Source of the DNA: an uncultured Holophagales bacterium
Lineage (GTDB): Bacteria > Acidobacteriota > Thermoanaerobaculia > Multivoradales > UBA5704
Direction of reading: 5' to 3'
Assembly (NCBI GenBank): GCA_963842525.1
Contig: CAWJGT010000019.1
Location: 192,001 to 256,000, forward strand
DNA length: 64,000 bases
In this document: piece by piece, positions 62,501 to 64,000 of the stretch
How positions within the stretch are numbered: position 1 is the first letter of the stretch
How the letters are laid out: every line of letters begins with the position of its first letter
Translations under genes and position numbers: made by a program
The notes under the pieces: generated by a model
Told to the model about the DNA's origin: nothing
Database searches by the model: none
The model's input: only the letters and a program-made list of their open reading frames with translations

Positions 62501-64000
62501 CGGACCTGGCCCTGCACGTCCTCGATCGGGGTGCCCGTCCGGCGCCCCTCGGTGTGGCGGGGGAGATCTGCGTGGGCGGGGCGGGCCTGGCCCAGGGGTA
62601 CCTCGGCCGGCCCGAGCTGACGGCGGAGCGGTTCGTCCCCGATCCGTTCGGTGGTCTCCGGGGCGAGCCCGGGGCACGGCTCTACCGCTCGGGCGACCTG
62701 GCGCGCCGCCTGCCGGACGGGGAGCTGGAGTACCTGGGGCGCATCGACCACCAGGTCAAGATCCGCGGCTTCCGCATCGAGCTGGGCGAGATCGAGACGG
62801 CCTTGTGCCGGCACCCGGCCGTGCGCGAGGCCGTGGTCCTGGCGCGCGAGGCCGGCGGCGAGAGGCAGCTCGTGGCCTACGTGGTGGCCGATCCGCAGGC
62901 CGAGCCGGGCTTGGGCGAGCTGCGCTCGTTCGCATCCGCCCAGCTTCCCGACTACATGCTCCCGTCCGCCCTCGTAACGCTGCCGTCGCTGCCGCTGACC
63001 GCCCACGGCAAGGTGGACCGCCGGGCTCTGCCCGCGCCCGACCGGGTGCGGCCGGACCGCAAAGGCGAGCGCATGGCGCCGCGCAACGAGATGGAGGCCT
63101 TTCTGGCCGGTCTGTTCCGCGAGTCTCTGGATCTGGAGGAGGTCGGCGTCGACGACGACTTCTTCGAGCTGGGCGGGAACTCGATCTCGGGCGCGATCCT
63201 GATCAACCGCCTCCAGGAGGCGATCTCCGAGATCGTCCAGGTCGTCGTCATCTTCGACGCGCCGACCGTGGCACGGCTCGGCGAATACCTGGTACGGGAG
63301 CATCCTCGGGCGGTGGCGCGCTTCTGGGGCGAAGAGCTGTTGATCGGGACAGGCGGCCCGCAGGCCCGGCGGGTCGACGAGGCTTCGCTCGCGGACCTGC
63401 GCTCGCGCATCCAGCCGCTGGCGCCCCTCCCGCAGACATCGATCGCGAGCAAGAACCCACCGGCCGTCTTCGTGCTGGCGCCGCCGCGCTCGGGCACGAC
63501 GCTGCTGCGGGTCATGCTCGGCGGGCACCCGAAGCTGTTCGCTCCGCCGGAGTTGGAGCTGCTGTCGTTCAACACCCTGGCCGAGCGGCGGGCCGCCTTC
63601 TCCGGCCGCGACAGCTTCTGGCTCGAGGGCGCGGTGCGGGCGGTCATGGAGATCCGCGGCTGCACGGCCGAGGAGGCCAACGCCCTGCTCGACGAGCTGG
63701 AGAGCCGGGGACTGACCACCGCGGAGCTCTATGGACAGATGCAGGGCTGGCTCGGCGAGCGGAGGTTGGTGGACAAGACGCCGTCCTATGCGCTGGACCC
63801 GGCGGTGCTGCGGCGGGCCGAGGAGGTCTTCGACCGGCCGCTGTACATCCACCTGAGCCGGCATCCGCTGGGCATGATCCGCTCCTTCGAGGAGGCCAAG
63901 CTCGACCAGATTTTCTTCCGCCAGGAGCACCCGTACGCGCGGCGCGAGCTGGCGGAGATGATCTGGACGCTGAGCCACGACAACATCGTCGGCTTCCTGC
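50506..64000 (+). CDS. Hybrid NRPS-PKS 4 (runs off the window): C-A(Lys2-like)-T-KS-AT-ACP-C-A(Gly)-T-C-A(Thr)-T-sulfotransferase
   Basis: Absent from the ORF track (no stop). ATG 50506 overlaps the NRPS 3 stop and the frame held at every point I checked to 64000. Motifs: HHIVSDG, HDPLQRD (about 52630), [18 protein letters not shown] (about 54390-54930), [30 protein letters not shown] (Gly code DILQLGVVWK), [18 protein letters not shown] (Thr code DFWNIGMVHK), [13 protein letters not shown] (63481). Confidence 0.95.
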   Translation, partial: MAEKPRQLDGLPPEKLQRLIEKLQARRQGGTSQIPRLPRAAGSSVPLSFAQERLWFLDRLEPGNPTFNMPAAVDLTGELRVGALAAAVAECIRRHEVLHTRFRMGPAGPVQEVVPGAKAAVPLVDLAGLPETARLREADRLAAEHAHRRFDLERPPLLAVLLVRLAADRHRFLQVMHHIVSDGWSLAILFREISELYMAFAAGRPSPLPELPIQVADYAVWERRTFAAAQDQQIAWWIERLRGEIAPLDLPIDRPRPAVQTYRGERRLRFLPEELSDRLRTFGQSAGNATLFMTLLAGVKALLYRWSGQHDVVVGSPIAGRQRAETEGLMGCFLNTLVLRTDLAGGPSFRDLVGRIRETTLGAYSHQDVPFEALLQHLPVERDLSRTPLFQVLFNMLNFPLAENRLPGLTLSPVGTPETPSKFDMTFYVSDGPKGVLLDLIYNADLFDAVRMEEALAQIELLLAEALERPDEPVERLSLVTPGARAALPDPEEPLDGDWVGAIHEIFAARARSAPERTAIADRHGAWTYGDLLAASRGISTWLGARGIGPGEVAAVWAHRSAPLAPAVLGILRSGAAFAMLDPAYPPARVVDMLELARPGALVRLSAAGPLPEAVAAWVEEAGCAVLELAVGGPDATLELFAGLPVADGPKVEVGPHDAAVLGFTSGSTGRPKGIVGRHGPLTHFLPWQCERFGLTVEDRFSLLSGLAHDPLQRDLFTALFLGAAIVVPDPEDIGVAGRLAAWMARERVTVAHLTPAMAQLLTERPAGGAEVTVPTLRRVLLVGDVLTRLDVARIRRLAPHVTCVNLYGSTETQRAVAFHEVEEAGAGEGRDKQVLPLGRGMRDIQLLVVNAAGLLAGVGEVGEIAVRSPHLARGYLGDEALTADRFRTNPFTGAPEDRVYRTGDLGRYLPNGEVTFAGRADLQVKIRGFRIEPGEIEAVLGALPGVREAVVVVREDRGEKRLVAYVVPEREGAVAVATVREALRDRLPAYMVPAAFALLDRLPVTPNGKIDRKALPAPMAETAPESAEVLPQSELEESIAAVWREVLGVEKVGVSDNFFDLGGHSLLLVRLHARLQEVLGREVALMDLFAHPNVRAQAARFGRPVEAPPRPEALVRRRMSAAGASGKVAVVGMAGRFPGAKDLDRFWRNLCDGVEAISFFSDEELMAGGADPSLLGNPKYVKARGVLADEDLFDASFFDIPPRQAEVMDPQLRVFLECSWEALESAGYDPSRYPGAIGVFGGVTISTYLLSNLLSNPELLAEVGVYQASIGTDRDFLTTQVSYKLGLRGPSLDVQTACSTSLVAAHLAWRLLLAGECDMALAGGVSVKVPQVSGYFYQEGGLDSSDGHCRTFDARADGSVYGGGVGLVVLKRLEDALADGDTIHAVILGSAINNDGAAKVGYTAPSIEAQAEVIATAQAVAGVAPESIGYIECHGTGTALGDPIEVAALTRAFGPIERKGFCPIGSVKTNIGHLGAAAGVAGLIKAVLAVEHGKIPPNLHFTTPNPKIDFAASPFHVNVRLADWPPAGNNGDNGLRRAGVSSFGLGGTNAHMVLEEPPAAEPSGPSRPWQLLLLSARSEAALEAATDNLAGWLAEHPEAPLADVAWTLQAGRRAFAVRRAVVCRDPEEARQALAERDPRRLLTVVQEPGSRPVAFLLGGVGDHYPGLAKSLYEGEPVFRAELDRCAEGLRPDLGGDLREVLFEGERRGDEGGLDLRKMMGRGGAPAGRLQRTFWAQPAVFTVEYALARLWMSWGVVPEALLGYSLGEYVAACLAGVFSLEDALRLVAERARLLEELPAGAMLAVPLPEEEMRVRLSGQLDLAAVNGPQLTVVSGLPEEIAALAERLAAEGIPSRPVPTTHAFHSRQMRPAADALTALARQMRLAPPRIPLLSNVTGTWMRPDEAIDPARWARHLCGTVRFADGVAALWQSPSRVLLEIGPGNGLSALALQHPAVSSGVGDRVAVPSLPHAHDRQPDQAFLLGALARLWLAGVEVDWSGFAAGERRRRLTLPTYPFERRRYWVEARRVGAPAVQSAVAEPAAPVAPTLHARPALRRAHVAPRNEIEARIAGFIERLLGISGIGVHDSFFELGGHSLLGTRLLSRLRDELGVELPIEDLFAAPTAAELAEKVAARSSAVPTVAAPGAVIPVSRKGELPLSWAQERIWFLDLLQPGSPAHNIPAAIRLSGPLDPGALAEALRRVVNRHETLRTTFPEVDGRPVLRIALPSAWPLPMMDLTALPADLRDGEARRLALEEPRRPFDLAAGPLLRTVLLRLDSRDHLLLANLHHIVADGWSLGVFTGEMSALYRALAAGDGSPLPELPVQYVDWAAWQRRWLDGSALAAHLAWWSERLRALPVLELPSDRPRPPVETFHGGRRFFAFPAGLQTALRDLCRERGATLYMTLLAAFATLLGRWSGQEDVAVGTPIAGRTRAEVEGLIGVFINTLVMRADLSGDPAFEELLARARETALGAYAHQEMPFERLVEELRPERSLGHSPLFQVLFILQNTPADGTEVADLSIQPMVEVYHGVSRFNLTLSCTETPGGLAGYLEYKTDLVDAATAERWVGHLETLLAGVAADPRRRLSELPVLPEAERRQVLHAWNDTALEVSEAPVHQLFEAQAARTPTAVAAVFEGESLTYEELSARADRLAHRLRVLGVGPEVLVGVALERSLDLPVAVLGVLKAGGAYLPLDPGYPAERLAFMLRDSRVPVVLTQSRLAAALPDHQAAVVFVDVLGDPAVPAVLEHPTAPESLAYVIYTSGSTGRPKGVQVSHRALTNFLVSMAREPGLAPDDVLLAVTSLSFDIAALELYLPLLVGARIEIASGPVAGDGVRLLGLLRSSGVTAAQATPSTWRMLLDAGWEDTPRLRLALAGGEALTGDLAAQLGRRADALWNVYGPTETAVWSTVLRVEGATSPSVPIGRPIANTHIRVLDGWDAPAPVGVPGELAIGGTGVARGYLDRPELTAERFVPDPFGDRRAAPGARLYRTGDLARWRPDGVLEFLGRIDHQVKIRGYRIELGEIEAALSLHPSVAQAAVVARDDWGDRRLVAYVAPFGAREPVAAELREFLRARLPEYMEPAAFVVLPALPLTPNRKVDRKALPAPEAAAAAAGAFVGPRSPLEEVLVEVWAEVLRLERVGIDDDFFALGGHSLLATQVASRIQRALGVAPPVRWLFERPTIRGLAERVAAARHEAGPQAPPILPVPREGGLPLSFAQQRLWFLDRMEPGSPAYNLNSAIRIQGRLDAAALVRAFQELVRRHETLRASFVLRGRGPVQALAPALALPISVVDLGALPEEAREAEVRALAAAESLRSFDLGVAPLLRVTLLRLGGADHAVLLTMHHIVSDAWSMGVLVTDLARIYGAFAHGAGSPLPELPVQYADFAVWQREHLQGEALESQLRYWSGTLAGAPVLELPTDRPRPALQSYRGADFAAGFSPSLSRELADLSRRHGATPFMTLLAGFDLLLSRYAGQEDVLVGSTIANRTRPELEGLIGLFVNTLALRLDLAGDPTFLDVLSRVRELTLGAYAHQDLPFEKLVAEVQPERDLSRSPLFQVLFQLQNAPAGSIELPELTLTPVASPGQTAKFDLVVNVVAAPQGLWWQWKHNSDLFDRATIVRMSRHLEALLEAVAAGPGRLVSEIPLLSEGEAHQLLAEWGAARPASPVFCLHERFAARVAEDPQGPAVTFEGETLSYSELDRRANRLAHRLRAWGIGPGALVGLCLERSAELTMAVLGVLKAGAAYVPIDPDYPGERIAFLLEDSRVPVLLTQSSLVASLPEASCRKVCLDGEDLGEPGAGSKEGPVSLSSPGDPAYVIYTSGSTGRPKGVVVTHANVARLFTATDPWFGFGRQDVWTLFHSYAFDFSVWEIWGALLHGGRLVVVPYWVSRSPEAFYDLLRRERVTVLNQTPSAFRQLLWAEEAALQGQEPDLALRYVIFGGEALELAGLAPWFARHGDRRPELVNMYGITETTVHVTCRPLRRQDVEAARGSVIGRAISDLALHVLDRGARPAPLGVAGEICVGGAGLAQGYLGRPELTAERFVPDPFGGLRGEPGARLYRSGDLARRLPDGELEYLGRIDHQVKIRGFRIELGEIETALCRHPAVREAVVLAREAGGERQLVAYVVADPQAEPGLGELRSFASAQLPDYMLPSALVTLPSLPLTAHGKVDRRALPAPDRVRPDRKGERMAPRNEMEAFLAGLFRESLDLEEVGVDDDFFELGGNSISGAILINRLQEAISEIVQVVVIFDAPTVARLGEYLVREHPRAVARFWGEELLIGTGGPQARRVDEASLADLRSRIQPLAPLPQTSIASKNPPAVFVLAPPRSGTTLLRVMLGGHPKLFAPPELELLSFNTLAERRAAFSGRDSFWLEGAVRAVMEIRGCTAEEANALLDELESRGLTTAELYGQMQGWLGERRLVDKTPSYALDPAVLRRAEEVFDRPLYIHLSRHPLGMIRSFEEAKLDQIFFRQEHPYARRELAEMIWTLSHDNIVGFL

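Noticed and set aside
24051-63978. Long minus-strand ORFs over the NRPS genes (24051..27737, 33761..41014, 53935..56679, 59110..63978 and others)
   Set aside because: Antisense shadows caused by codon bias; all domain motifs are on the plus strand.
24222-64000. Epimerase, methyltransferase, heterocyclisation, KR or TE domains
   Set aside because: Domain spacing leaves no room and the motifs were not found; a release domain may lie past the edge.
1-64000. tRNA, rRNA, integrase, transposase or phage genes
   Set aside because: None recognised by eye; a covariance-model search would be needed to exclude small RNAs.

Overview
GC-rich bacterial DNA. The VWFA/GWxTD-type proteins suggest Acidobacteriota, which is an inference. 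The first 24 kb holds a TetA-like MFS transporter, a frameshifted Fe3+-type ABC importer, a 2.6-kb patch of toxin-antitoxin genes (mostly orphan antitoxins) mixed with palindromic and tandem repeats, a YhaM-like HD nuclease, two paralogous GWxTD-like/Ig/VWA exported proteins, two gene fragments fused back to back, a large NAD-glutamate dehydrogenase and a CBM9/DUF5916-type outer-membrane protein. From 24222 past the right edge runs a translationally coupled NRPS/PKS assembly line of four genes, with 11 NRPS modules and 1 PKS module visible; the fourth gene is missing from the ORF track because it has no stop in the window. The best candidate for an undescribed system is this assembly line. (i) Each of the first three NRPS proteins ends in a near-identical proline-clade A domain whose amine-binding Asp235 is replaced by Cys. 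(ii) The other modules in those proteins are Leu-clade A domains with unfamiliar pockets. (iii) Docking tails are almost interchangeable and no starter module is visible. (iv) The last gene joins a Lys2/aminoadipate-reductase-like A domain to a reductase-free KS-AT(GYSLG)-ACP, then Gly and Thr modules and an embedded CurM-like sulfotransferase. All specificity codes were read by eye against GrsA numbering, and domain boundaries are approximate.
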